This document shows, piece after piece, positions 9,825 to 19,451 of a stretch of 64,000 bases of DNA; position 1 is the stretch's first letter, and each line of letters starts with the position of its first letter. The notes under the pieces are model-generated. The model had not been told where the DNA came from, ran no database searches, and worked only from the letters and a program-made list of their open reading frames with translations. The DNA lies in contig JBMNHC010000001.1 in NCBI GenBank assembly GCA_050950165.1, positions 191,151 to 255,150 of the forward strand. The letters run 5' to 3'. The stretch is from Candidatus Dojkabacteria bacterium (GTDB lineage Bacteria > Patescibacteriota > Dojkabacteria > SC72). The translations under genes were made by a program, and so were the position numbers.

Positions 9825-10295
9825 ATGGCAGCAAAGAGTAACAAAATACTGCTAACAAAAGAAGGTTTTATCAAATTTCAACAAGAGCTTAAGAAGAGGG
9901 AAGAAGTTATTAGACAGAAATTACAAGAGACACTTAACCAGATGAGAAATCAGGGAGATTTGAGAGAGAATGATGGGTATTCGATAGCGATTGAAGATTT
10001 TCAAAACAATGAGGAGAAGATATCTGAGATTAGAGCAAAGTTGGAAGTAGCTGAGATAGTGGATAAAAAGAAAAATGGTGTTGTTGATATTGGATCTGAG
10101 GTAAAGATAGAGTGTGAGAGGGGTAAAGTAAAGACTTTTCATATTGTTGGTGAGGATGAGGCTAATCCACTGGAGTCTAAAATTTCTTACAAGTCTCCAA
10201 TTGGAAGTTCATTAATGGGAAAGAAGAAAGGGGTAAAGGTTGAGATAAAGACACCTAGTGGTACTAATACTTGTACAATTATTAGTATCAAGTAG
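9825..10295 (+). CDS. greA: Transcription elongation factor GreA
   Basis: Canonical GreA pattern LT.EG...L..EL...R.E....GDLRENDGY...SPIGSSLMGKKKG..VEIKTPSG. ATG at 9825 is preferred over the upstream TTG of the ORF track. Confidence 0.85.
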   Translation: MAAKSNKILLTKEGFIKFQQELKKREEVIRQKLQETLNQMRNQGDLRENDGYSIAIEDFQNNEEKISEIRAKLEVAEIVDKKKNGVVDIGSEVKIECERGKVKTFHIVGEDEANPLESKISYKSPIGSSLMGKKKGVKVEIKTPSGTNTCTIISIK

Positions 10296-11000
10296 TTAGG
10301 GGTGTAAGAAAGTTCCTTCTTTAAGTATATTTTTAATCTCTTCTATTTCTTCTAAGAGTTTTCCTCCCGTTATATGGTATGAAAGACCTTTCTTTTCGCA
10401 ATATATTGCACAGTGAGCATCTACAGGTATATGGGCATTAGGTTTGTGCGTTTGACCTGGTAATATATTAAACATTTTAAAATATTCTTTCCATTTCATA
10501 TCACGAATAGCTTTTGCTTCAAAAAACTCTTTTGGATCTTTATCATATATCGCATCTATATTAGATATCTTATACACCCTATCTATATTTAAAACATCTG
10601 CAAATATTGCTGCATCCATATCTGTACTCCAACCTACTTTAAGACCTCCACTAACCATATATTTATTTCCACTAGAGAGTAGGAATTCATAGGCATCTCC
10701 TAATTTCTCTGGTACAAATATCTCTTTATCTTCAAGATATGAGGCTAGTATGGTGGCATTCGTTTGTGTTAATGACATCGCTATACTATGTAGGCTATCT
10801 TCTTCTGATATGACTTCTGAGACTTTCTGTTGAACGTTTCTAGATATACCTCCTCCTCCTGTTACTAAGACAATGGTTTCATATTCATTCTTTGCTTTTA
10901 GATACCACTTCTTTATTCTTTTGAATAGTTCAAAGTTAAGATTAAGAAGATGGTCATAGAGAATAGAGCCTCCTACTTTTAGTACAATACTATTTTTCAT
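10296..11000 (-). CDS. pyrH: Amino-acid-kinase-family protein, probable uridylate kinase
   Basis: IVLKVGGS ... LVTGGGGISRN ... DKDP motifs align with UMP kinase / amino acid kinase fold. Confidence 0.5.
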   Translation of the reverse strand: MKNSIVLKVGGSILYDHLLNLNFELFKRIKKWYLKAKNEYETIVLVTGGGGISRNVQQKVSEVISEEDSLHSIAMSLTQTNATILASYLEDKEIFVPEKLGDAYEFLLSSGNKYMVSGGLKVGWSTDMDAAIFADVLNIDRVYKISNIDAIYDKDPKEFFEAKAIRDMKWKEYFKMFNILPGQTHKPNAHIPVDAHCAIYCEKKGLSYHITGGKLLEEIEEIKNILKEGTFLHP

Positions 11001-11788
11001 ATATTTAAAATTAATATTAAAGCTAGAATAGAGTAAAGGAAAGGTAGGGTATAGTCAATTAATTTAACTTTACCAGCAAAACGAACATTCCAAAGAGAGA
11101 GAATTAAGTAAAAGGCTAATGTTCCAACAGCGGGTATTATAAAGATATTTGTAGTGAAGAATATTCCTGCAGATATCGCTACAAAGATAGCTGATGCTAT
11201 TGATATACCGAAAGCAGATAGGCTTTCTCTGTTGTGTACCTTTACATCAAACCATAAAAGGATTGCAGAGACTATAAATACTAATATTAAAAATATCCAT
11301 AATTCTAATCCTATCCTTATTAATACTGAGAGAAGTAGGAAGAAAGTAGAGATACATATAAAATCGAATACTGCTTTAGTTTGACTAGCAATGGTGTATA
11401 CCTTTCTTAAAGAGCTTTTTACATTGATAAAAAAGATAAGTAGTTGTAAAGAGGCTACAAATATTAACACTATATCCATAAGAAATGATGTGTTGAAAAA
11501 GATATATGTTAAGAGAGATATATAAAATACTGAAGGGAGAACAAAGTATGAAAAGAATCTTTCTTTTATTGAGATTCGTTGAATGATTTCACTGTACTGT
11601 GATATTTTTCTACCTGAGTAGAGAGCGAATGCTCTAATTATCCAAGTTAATAGTAATATCCAACCTAAAATTCCACTTAATAGATACATAGAATCTAATA
11701 CATGGGTTGAGTATGCAAAATAGAGAGTTACTAAGATAATTAATAGTAAATAGAGTAACTCAGTTTTTAAATCTAGACTTTTTTTCAA
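10997..11788 (-). CDS. Polytopic integral membrane protein, function unknown
   Basis: 263 aa, about 8 hydrophobic helices. Confidence 0.5.
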   Translation of the reverse strand: MKKSLDLKTELLYLLLIILVTLYFAYSTHVLDSMYLLSGILGWILLLTWIIRAFALYSGRKISQYSEIIQRISIKERFFSYFVLPSVFYISLLTYIFFNTSFLMDIVLIFVASLQLLIFFINVKSSLRKVYTIASQTKAVFDFICISTFFLLLSVLIRIGLELWIFLILVFIVSAILLWFDVKVHNRESLSAFGISIASAIFVAISAGIFFTTNIFIIPAVGTLAFYLILSLWNVRFAGKVKLIDYTLPFLYSILALILILNI

Positions 11789-11800
11789 TTTTAGGCAGTT

Positions 11801-13180
11801 TTAATTAATTATTCCTCCGAAACCTTTAAATATTCCAACTAAAATAATTAACCACCAAGCTCCAAGAGTAAACAGGCTTCCTGCATTTTTTCCTAACAAT
11901 CCTTTCTTCCAATATACGTAAACTTCTATCATTAAAAGTATAAATACAAAGGTTACTATACTCAAGCTAATACCATCTACTGTTCCTAAAAAGTTCTTAA
12001 ACCACAGAGCAAGGCTAGGAGAGTGTGTTACTTGTTCATCTCCTTCCAAAAAATACTCAGAGATGTCATGCTCCATTGTATTACCAACTTCATCTCCAAT
12101 TATAATTAATGATTTATCCCCTATTTCATCTTTAGCGATTCCTAATACGGCATATCCATCTTCTGTAATCTCAAAGTCATAAATTTTATCACCTGTAACA
12201 AATCTCAAGGTGTGCATATCTTCTTCAACTTTAAACATTATTTCAAAGCGATCTTCTTGTTTCTTAACTGCAACACTTTCACGAGCTAATACAGGTGGTG
12301 TTGAATCTATAGTAAAAATAACTTCTTTTGATTTTACTCCTAGACCTTTAACTTGTGCTGAGATCTTCTGCTCTCCTTCTTCCCAATCACTTACTTTGTC
12401 ATACTCCCACTCTGAGCTACTACTTTCTACTTCCCCAATGATTTTACCTTCATCAAGAATTTCTACAAAATATGAACCTTTGATATTTTTTACTTCTCCC
12501 TTAATATTTACATTGGCATCTTGTAAAATATCTCCACTTTTAGGGCTAGTTATACTAATTGATTTAATCTCTCCTTTGTCTACGATGGATGGTTTGACAC
12601 TTTCTACTGCTTTAACAGGAGGTGACGTTTTGTTCACTGAGCTTGTGAGATTACCAAACATCTGAACTACTAATATTGTTTGTTTTCCTTGCAAAACTCC
12701 TTCTACAACTGCAACTCCAATATCTTTGTACTTTCCACTCATTATGTTTTCTCTGTGTGTAGGGCTAGCCATCCAAGCTTCATGAACACCTTCTGCAGTT
12801 CTAAATCCTTTCGCAAGATTTTCACCAGCATATACATAGGTATACCCAGCTTGAGAGATAAACATCCAAGGTGTTTCCCCATTAGGACCGAAGTGATCCC
12901 AATATTGTTCTTGAAACATATTGTTAGCTTTAGCTTGGGCTGCTGCTGAGAGTCTAGAGTCTGTCTTTAGAGTATTTAGACCTGCTGCAGATCTCTCTTG
13001 ATTGGTTAAATTAATGATATTATTAGGGGTAATTGTACTCGCCATTGCTTCTGGAATCCCAAGAAGACCACCAAACATATTAACCAAAAGGAGAACTATC
13101 GTATACATAGTAAGAGCCACTTTTCCTAACAAATATGGCTTGTAATTATTTTTTTTGTTTGGAATAAAAAAGCTCTTCAT
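11801..13180 (-). CDS. Membrane-anchored CAP/SCP (YkwD-like) domain protein
   Basis: N-terminal signal-anchor. CAP domain pattern LN.ERS.AGL..L..D..L..AA..KA.NM....YWDH.GP.G...W.....GY....GENLA.G. C-terminal TM helices. Confidence 0.6.
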   Translation of the reverse strand: MKSFFIPNKKNNYKPYLLGKVALTMYTIVLLLVNMFGGLLGIPEAMASTITPNNIINLTNQERSAAGLNTLKTDSRLSAAAQAKANNMFQEQYWDHFGPNGETPWMFISQAGYTYVYAGENLAKGFRTAEGVHEAWMASPTHRENIMSGKYKDIGVAVVEGVLQGKQTILVVQMFGNLTSSVNKTSPPVKAVESVKPSIVDKGEIKSISITSPKSGDILQDANVNIKGEVKNIKGSYFVEILDEGKIIGEVESSSSEWEYDKVSDWEEGEQKISAQVKGLGVKSKEVIFTIDSTPPVLARESVAVKKQEDRFEIMFKVEEDMHTLRFVTGDKIYDFEITEDGYAVLGIAKDEIGDKSLIIIGDEVGNTMEHDISEYFLEGDEQVTHSPSLALWFKNFLGTVDGISLSIVTFVFILLMIEVYVYWKKGLLGKNAGSLFTLGAWWLIILVGIFKGFGGIIN

Positions 13181-13244
13181 ATCTCATATATCCTATCACA
13201 CACTCTACATAAATATAAAGAGTTTAGATGTAAAGAGAGATTTA

Positions 13245-13275
13245 ATAGAAAAACCTGGGTCAGGAACCCAGGCTC
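13245..13275 (-). terminator. Rho-independent terminator downstream of hupB
   Basis: 7-bp GC-rich stem CCTGGGT/ACCCAGG (13254-13272) followed on the minus strand by a UUUUUCUAUU run. Confidence 0.6.
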
Positions 13276-13316
13276 TCTAATTCTCTCATCTAGAGAGAAA
13301 TGCCGGCAGGAACTGC

Positions 13317-13589
13317 TTACTTAACAGCAACTTTAAGTGCTTTTCCAGCTTTGAAGGCTGGTACTCTTGTTGCTGGAAGCTTAATCTTTTCTAGAGTCTT
13401 TGGATTGATACCTACTCTAGCTGCTCTTTCCCTTACCTCAAATTTACCAAATCCTGTTAGTAAAACAGGATCACCAGCTTTAAGGGACTTTGTAATTGTA
13501 TCAAACAATGCATCTACAGCTTCAGCTGCTTGCTTCTTAGTAAGACCTGCAGACTTTGCTACTCTCTCAACTAAATCTCTTTTTAACAT
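13317..13589 (-). CDS. hup: DNA-binding protein HU
   Basis: [24 protein letters not shown]...I...[25 protein letters not shown] at 13589 is preceded by an AGGAGG RBS. The ORF-track start at 13661 is likely too far upstream. Confidence 0.85.
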   Translation of the reverse strand: MLKRDLVERVAKSAGLTKKQAAEAVDALFDTITKSLKAGDPVLLTGFGKFEVRERAARVGINPKTLEKIKLPATRVPAFKAGKALKVAVK

Positions 13590-13957
13590 GACTTTAAAAC
13601 CTCCTTTCTTTAGAGATACGGTGCCACAAATCCTGATATCATAGGATTTGTACAACCTCATGAATAAAATAGCGTAAATAAAAAGCTACTTCAAGCTTAA
13701 TTTTATTATAGGACCCTTAAAAAACTATATGAAAAGCCTCTCTGAATATAGCTTTTTTAATAGAATACGAACAAAGAATTTGCTAGCCCATTATGACATA
13801 TTCTAAGAAAAATATTGGCATATCACTGTTTCATTAAACGCCCTGCTAGAAACCCTTTAGGAAAGGCACAATTGACATAAGCACAAAATTTAAACCTTTC
13901 TGATAGTTCAGCATTTTTCTAATCAAAATGTGTACATATTATCATTTCATTAACGGA

Positions 13958-13988
13958 AAGGGAGGCTTAATTGCCTCCCTTCTTTTTC
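13958..13988. terminator. Strong GC hairpin (AAGGGAGGC-TTAATT-GCCTCCCTT) with a T5 tract on plus. Candidate terminator, strand ambiguous.
   Basis: Perfect 9-bp stem. CTTTTTC follows on the plus strand. It lies about 50 nt downstream of the rny stop on the minus strand. Confidence 0.45.
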
Positions 13989-14035
13989 AATCACTTCCAA
14001 GTACCTGTAGTATTGCTTACTAGAAGTTAGCTGGA

Positions 14036-15568
14036 CTAGCGAGCTATTTCCACAGATCTTGTCTCTCTAATCAATGTAACCTCCACATTCCCAGGATAAT
14101 TTTGCGTCTTCTCAATACTCTGAGCAATATCCTTTGCCAAAACAGTCATCTCATCATCAGAGATTAACGCAGGCTTAACTATCACCCTTAACTCTCTACC
14201 AGCCTTAATCGCAAACACCTCCTCCAACTTATCACCACCTAACTCCTTAGCTACATTCTCCAAAGACTCAATCCTCTGAATATACTGCTCATAACTATCC
14301 TTTCTAGCACCAGGTCTCGCACCTGAAATAGCATCAGCAATATACACCAACACCGCCTCAACAGACTGAGGCTCAATATCCAAGTGATGACTCTCAATCG
14401 CATTAACCAACTTCTCATCCAAACCATACTTCCTAGCTACCTGCCCCGAAATATGATGATGAGGACTATCCACCTTGTGTGTTAAAACCTTACCCACATC
14501 ATGCAAAAGACAAGCCCTCTTAACAAGACTAACATCTGCCCCCAATTCTGTAGCCAACACCTCCCCAACCTTCATCATCTCTAAAGTATGAGACATTAAA
14601 GACTGCCCATAGCTAGTTCTGTACTTCATCTTTCCAATCAATTTCAAAAGACCAATATCAATACCTGGCCAATCTGCCTCCTCAGCAAGAATCTGCCCAT
14701 TCTTCTTTATCTCAATTGAAATCTCATTCTTTGCTTTTCTAATCGCTTCCTCAATTGACCCAGGATGAATCCTACCATCTCCAATTAACTTCGTTAGCGC
14801 AACAGACGCTATCTCTCTACGAAGAGGATCAAAAGACGACAAAGCTATCGTGTTAGGAGACTCATCAACTATAACATCGACACCCGTCAACTTCTCAAAC
14901 GCTCGAATATTCCTACCCTCCTTACCAATAACTCTACCCTTCACCTTATCATCATCAATTTTAATAACAGAAGTCGTAGTCTCACTAACATAATCAGTAG
15001 CAATTCTCTGCATAGACTCGACTAAAATCTCTCTTGCCTTCTCCTCCGCCGTCTCCTCAACTCTCTTCTCTGCCTGCCTAATCTTTTTAGCCTCGTAATT
15101 TTTAATATCCTCATCCACCTGACTCATCAACTTCTGCCTTGCCTCCTCCTGAGTCAAACCAGAAATCTTCTCCAACTCCTCCTTAAGCTGACTCTTACTC
15201 TTCTCCAGCCCTCTCTGCATCCTCTTTACATTCTCCGACGCAACCTCCAACTCCTCACTCTTCTGATCCAACATCTTTGTTCGAGTATTAAGCTTCTTCT
15301 CCCTCTCTATTAACAAACTCTCATGCTCCTGAGTCTCCTTCCTCATCTGCCTCAACCTACCCTCCGCACTCTTCTTCTCCTCCTCTATCTCCTTCTCCGC
15401 CTTCTCAATCTTCTCACCAATTAACTTGTTTGCAACCCTCTCAATCTCCTCCTCCGGAATATTCCTTACATCCACCCACTTCCTTACATACTTCAGATAA
15501 GAAAAAACAACAATACCCCCCAACAAAGCCGCAACAAAACCAATAATGTAGTCCATCACTCTACTCAT
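14036..15568 (-). CDS. rny: Ribonuclease Y
   Basis: 510 aa. N-terminal TM, long K/E coiled coil, KH domain (GKEGRNIRAFEKLTGVDV) and HD domain (LLHDVGK). Confidence 0.9.
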   Translation of the reverse strand: MSRVMDYIIGFVAALLGGIVVFSYLKYVRKWVDVRNIPEEEIERVANKLIGEKIEKAEKEIEEEKKSAEGRLRQMRKETQEHESLLIEREKKLNTRTKMLDQKSEELEVASENVKRMQRGLEKSKSQLKEELEKISGLTQEEARQKLMSQVDEDIKNYEAKKIRQAEKRVEETAEEKAREILVESMQRIATDYVSETTTSVIKIDDDKVKGRVIGKEGRNIRAFEKLTGVDVIVDESPNTIALSSFDPLRREIASVALTKLIGDGRIHPGSIEEAIRKAKNEISIEIKKNGQILAEEADWPGIDIGLLKLIGKMKYRTSYGQSLMSHTLEMMKVGEVLATELGADVSLVKRACLLHDVGKVLTHKVDSPHHHISGQVARKYGLDEKLVNAIESHHLDIEPQSVEAVLVYIADAISGARPGARKDSYEQYIQRIESLENVAKELGGDKLEEVFAIKAGRELRVIVKPALISDDEMTVLAKDIAQSIEKTQNYPGNVEVTLIRETRSVEIAR

Positions 15569-15815
15569 AAAAATTTAATCAATCCTTGATTTTGAAGAAA
15601 GAAAAACGAACCTACAGCAGATTCTAACTCGCTCTTATATATCTATTAATAAATATACTATTCAAAATTTTCATTAATTCAAAATTCTTCTATCCTCTTC
15701 TCCTACAAGCCTCCCAACAATTTTGGCTACATCAAGGACTTTCCAATAATATCATTTTTACCCAAATCTTTCTACCTCTGTCAGAAACAAATCCCCCCAA
15801 CCCCCAGCCACCAGA

Positions 15816-15837
15816 GGTCTGTCCCAAGTCTGTCCCC
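15816..15837. repeat. Left flanking inverted repeat of the IS200-like element (tandem GTCTGTCC doublet)
   Basis: GGTCTGTCCCAAGTCTGTCCCC. Its reverse complement matches 16311-16332 at 19/22 positions. Confidence 0.6.
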
Positions 15838-15876
15838 ACTTCATGCCGATTTCACCTCTCTCTGCTATCCTTAACC

Positions 15877-16311
15877 ATGTCACGCACACCTCGCAACTTC
15901 CAACCGAACAGCTTCTACCACGTATTCAACCGTGGCAACAACAAATCTTCCATCTTCCGAACATCTTCAGACAAGCAACTATTCCTCAGCCTACTATACA
16001 AATACAACAAAGAGTGTGGAATCAAAATCCTCACTTACTGTATCATGGAAACACATTTTCACCTTGTCATAAGAACAGGTGGAAACCCCAAACTCCTTTC
16101 GAAATTTATGCAAAAAATATGTACGAGCTTTGCGATTCAAATAAACAGAAAATACCAGAGAGTCGGGCATGTTTTCCAAAACAGGTACAACGCAAATCTC
16201 CTAATGTACAAAAAAGACTTGCGCAGAGCGATAGACTATGTCAGAAAGAACCCGGTACAGGAGGGATGGGTGAGAAAGCCGTCGGAATACAGGTGGAACA
16301 AGCGAGAGTAG
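15877..16311 (+). CDS. tnpA: IS200-like / REP-associated Y1 tyrosine transposase (RAYT-type TnpA)
   Basis: 144 aa. YHVFNRGNNK..IF..D.D...FL..L.......GIKILTYCIMETHFHLVIR. The HuH motif is HFH. Confidence 0.8.
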   Translation: MSRTPRNFQPNSFYHVFNRGNNKSSIFRTSSDKQLFLSLLYKYNKECGIKILTYCIMETHFHLVIRTGGNPKLLSKFMQKICTSFAIQINRKYQRVGHVFQNRYNANLLMYKKDLRRAIDYVRKNPVQEGWVRKPSEYRWNKRE

Positions 16312-16332
16312 GGACAGACCTAGGACAGACCT
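16311..16332. repeat. Right flanking inverted repeat of the IS200-like element
   Basis: GGGACAGACCTAGGACAGACCT. Overlaps the stop codons of both tnpA and tgt. Confidence 0.6.
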
Positions 16333-17339
16333 GAGATCAGGGTTTGGTAGTAGGTGAGGTTGTGGATTGTAGCGAGGGTGAGGGCTACGGCTTCTCGGTT
16401 TTTCATCATGTGATGGAGGTACGCCCGCGTGTAGTTAGCGCAACATTCGCAACTGCATCGTTTGTCCACAGGAGAATCATCCAACCCCATCTCGCTGTTC
16501 CCTATCCGAATCTCACCCTCAGACGTATACAACGTACCATGCCTCGCATTACGAGTAACCAACACCGTATCAAACAAATTGTACCCCATCCTCGCCGCAA
16601 CACGAATATCCTCAGGCTTCCCAACCCCCATCGCATACCGCATCCCATCAGAAGGAACACTCTCAATAACCGCAGCAAGCTCATCCACAACCAACCGCCC
16701 CTCCGAATCCACCACAAACCCACCAAAATTGTACCCATCAAAACCAATATCAACCAACTCCCTCGCACACCTCTCTCTCAAATCCAAAAAACTCCCCCCC
16801 TGCACCACAGCAGTCAACAACTTACCACTCTTAGCACTCCCCCCATACACCCTATCGAAATGATCCCTACACCTCTTAGCCCAAGCAACACTCCTATCCA
16901 CAGACTCACTCGCCTCCCCCCTACTCACACCAGCATCCCGACAATCATCCAAACACACCAACACATCACTCCCAATACTCATCTGCATATCAATACTAGA
17001 CTCAGGACTCAACTCAAACACACGACCATCAACAGGCGACCTAAACCTAGCACCATCACTACCCACCTCACCATCCCACCTCCCAGAATGAATCAACGAA
17101 AACACCTGAAACCCTCCCGAATCAGTAAACACTATCCCCTCCCACCCCATCATCCTCTTTATCCCACCCAACCTCTCAATCACCTCCTTCCCAGGAGACA
17201 TCATTAAATGCAACGTATTCGTCACAATCGCCTTCGTACCAGTCTCCTCTAATTGTCTCGTAGTCAAATATCTAACTGCTCCTCTAGTAGCATCAGGCAT
17301 AAAGAAAAGTCTCTCTTTCAGAATGTCCAAGTCCATCAC
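16320..17339 (-). CDS. tgt: Queuine tRNA-ribosyltransferase
   Basis: TDSGGFQVFSL, VVQGG, YAMGVGKPEDI, LVTRNARHG, zinc site CSCECC...YLHH. Confidence 0.9.
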   Translation of the reverse strand: MMDLDILKERLFFMPDATRGAVRYLTTRQLEETGTKAIVTNTLHLMMSPGKEVIERLGGIKRMMGWEGIVFTDSGGFQVFSLIHSGRWDGEVGSDGARFRSPVDGRVFELSPESSIDMQMSIGSDVLVCLDDCRDAGVSRGEASESVDRSVAWAKRCRDHFDRVYGGSAKSGKLLTAVVQGGSFLDLRERCARELVDIGFDGYNFGGFVVDSEGRLVVDELAAVIESVPSDGMRYAMGVGKPEDIRVAARMGYNLFDTVLVTRNARHGTLYTSEGEIRIGNSEMGLDDSPVDKRCSCECCANYTRAYLHHMMKNREAVALTLATIHNLTYYQTLISGLS

Positions 17340-17374
17340 TTTTACTTACTTAAATTACATTACTCGAATACAAC

Positions 17375-18415
17375 CTACGAACCAACCAAACCACTCCCAA
17401 TCAACATACTATCACCATAACTTAAAAATCTGTACCCCCTCTCAATACCCTCAGCATACGCCCTCCTCACATTCTCCACACCACCAAACGAACTAACAAG
17501 AAGAATCAACGACGAATCTGGCATATGGAAATTCGTCACCAAAACATCCACCACCCTCCACTCGTACCCAGGAAAAATGAAAAGACCCGTACGCCCAGAA
17601 AACTCCCTAACTAAATACCTACCATCACTCATATACGCCACACTCTCTAAAACCCTAGCAACCGTTGTACCGAAAGCCCACAACCTCCCCTTCCTCCCAT
17701 TAATTACCTCTGCTACCCCCTTACTAACACTCAAATACTCTTCATGAATTCGAAAATCCTCAATATTCTCCTCCCTAACAGGCTGAAACGTTCCCCAGCC
17801 AACCCTCAACTCAACCCTTACAACCCTAGCACCTCTTCTCTCGATCCCCTCCAAAATCTCATCTGTCAAATTCAAACTAGCAGTAGGAGCAGCAACAGAC
17901 CCACCCAATCTAGCAAACACCGTATTGTACCTCTCCCTATCCTTCCTCACATCCTCCCTCCTCATATACGGAGGAAGAGGCACATGACCATACCTCTCAA
18001 AAAGCTCCTCACTACTCCCCCTAAGAAAACTAATTAAAAACCCATTCCCTCTTCGCTTACCAACCCTAATTAAAATATCCCCCTGACTACCCCTAAGCAC
18101 CTCACCCTCAAAAACATCCCTCGCTCTACCAACCAACCCAAACCACACCCCACCTCCCAAATCCTCCAAGAAAAAAACCTCAACCTCCTTACCCCTTGAA
18201 GAAATGAAAAAAGTTCTACAATTCAAAACCCTTGTCTCATTAAGAACAACTACATCTCCCTCCCTTATATACTCAACAAGATTAAAATATCTCCTGTGCT
18301 CAATCTCTCCACTCTCCCTATCCAAAACCAAGAGATTAGACTCTCCTCTCTTCTTAACTGGATACTTTGCAATTAACCCCTCTGGCAATTCATACCAAAA
18401 ATCTCTCATTTTCAT
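17375..18415 (-). CDS. queA: S-adenosylmethionine:tRNA ribosyltransferase-isomerase
   Basis: MKMRDFWYELPEGLIAKYPVKKRGESNLLVLDR... N-terminal QueA signature. R/G/V-rich composition. Confidence 0.85.
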   Translation of the reverse strand: MKMRDFWYELPEGLIAKYPVKKRGESNLLVLDRESGEIEHRRYFNLVEYIREGDVVVLNETRVLNCRTFFISSRGKEVEVFFLEDLGGGVWFGLVGRARDVFEGEVLRGSQGDILIRVGKRRGNGFLISFLRGSSEELFERYGHVPLPPYMRREDVRKDRERYNTVFARLGGSVAAPTASLNLTDEILEGIERRGARVVRVELRVGWGTFQPVREENIEDFRIHEEYLSVSKGVAEVINGRKGRLWAFGTTVARVLESVAYMSDGRYLVREFSGRTGLFIFPGYEWRVVDVLVTNFHMPDSSLILLVSSFGGVENVRRAYAEGIERGYRFLSYGDSMLIGSGLVGS

Positions 18416-18503
18416 ATCCCCAATTATACCCCACCCATCTGTTCATTTCACCCTTTACAAAGCCACTTCTGTTAGCTATGACCTTTCTGTGATAAAATAT
18501 GGA

Positions 18504-19451
18504 ATGCAAAAAAGAGTAAAATGTGTGTTCTTAGGTAGTAGCTGGGAATCTGTTGAAACCCTCAAAGCACTACACCAAGACAAAAGATTTAACGTAGTAG
18601 GCGTAATAACTGGCGTAGACAAACCAGTAGGTCGAAAACAAATACTAACCCCCTTCGAAGTAAAAAAGTATGCCTTAGATAGCGGTATAGAGGTTTTTCA
18701 TACAGAAAAAAACGTTGATAGGTACCAAAAAGCAATCGAAATCTTTAAACCAGAACTAGTCGTATGCAAGGCATTCGGTGAGCTAATCCCAAAATTCTTC
18801 CTAGAATATCCAAAATACAAAGCAATCAACATCCACTTCTCTCTACTACCAAAATACAGAGGAGCAGTCCCAATTCAAAAAGCCATACTCGAAGGAGAAA
18901 AAGAAACAGGCATCTCAATCATGCTAATGACAGAGAAACTAGATGAAGGAGACATACTAGAAGTATTCAAAGAACCAATACTCCCAACAGACACAAACCT
19001 CTCTCTAAGAACTCGCCTAGTCAAAAAAAACGCAGAAGTAATTGGAGATGTACTAATGAAGTGGATAAACGGAGAAATATCTCCTAAAAAACAAGACCAC
19101 AACAAAGCCACATACTGCTGGCAACCAGATATCTCCAAAGAAAAAGCAGAAATCCGATGGGAAGAAATGGAACCTGAATACATTGAAAGACTAACAAGAG
19201 CAATGATACCATGGCCAGTAGCCTGGACGAGACTACACAACGGCAAAACCCTAAAACTCTTCTCTGTACAACTCCTTCCCATACAATCCTCTCTTGCTCC
19301 CGGAACTCTACATCGCAAAAACAACATGCTACTCCTCTCTACCAAAGACCCAAACCTCTCTATCAGAGTACTAGACGCACAAATCGAAGGAAAAAAACGT
19401 ATGAATGAAAGAGACCTACTCAACGGATTACCTCTTAACAAAAATGCGTAA
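18504..19451 (+). CDS. fmt: Methionyl-tRNA formyltransferase
   Basis: Formyltransferase motif NIHFSLLPKYRGAVPIQ and C-terminal domain. ATG at 18504 is chosen because the longer ORF-track start overlaps queA. Confidence 0.85.
   Translation: MQKRVKCVFLGSSWESVETLKALHQDKRFNVVGVITGVDKPVGRKQILTPFEVKKYALDSGIEVFHTEKNVDRYQKAIEIFKPELVVCKAFGELIPKFFLEYPKYKAINIHFSLLPKYRGAVPIQKAILEGEKETGISIMLMTEKLDEGDILEVFKEPILPTDTNLSLRTRLVKKNAEVIGDVLMKWINGEISPKKQDHNKATYCWQPDISKEKAEIRWEEMEPEYIERLTRAMIPWPVAWTRLHNGKTLKLFSVQLLPIQSSLAPGTLHRKNNMLLLSTKDPNLSIRVLDAQIEGKKRMNERDLLNGLPLNKNA

Larger units (their letters stand above)
15816..16332 (+). mobile_element. Compact IS200/RAYT-like element bounded by inverted GTCTGTCC doublets
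   Basis: Transposase ORF plus 22-bp imperfect inverted flanks. Inserted between rny and tgt. Confidence 0.6.

Noticed and set aside
13300-13644. 114-aa plus ORF
   Set aside because: It is antisense to hupB, which has a clear HU signature and an RBS.
15843-17207. Pro/Thr/His-rich plus-strand ORFs (163, 287, 133 aa) and minus ORF 16502..16768
   Set aside because: These are artefacts of the C-rich plus strand opposite the G-rich tgt coding strand and overlapping tnpA. They are low-complexity and have no homology-like pattern.
18204-18503. Long N-terminal extension of fmt in the ORF track
   Set aside because: It overlaps the queA coding region on the opposite strand and is low-complexity. ATG 18504 gives a canonical Fmt N-terminus (KCVFLGS...).
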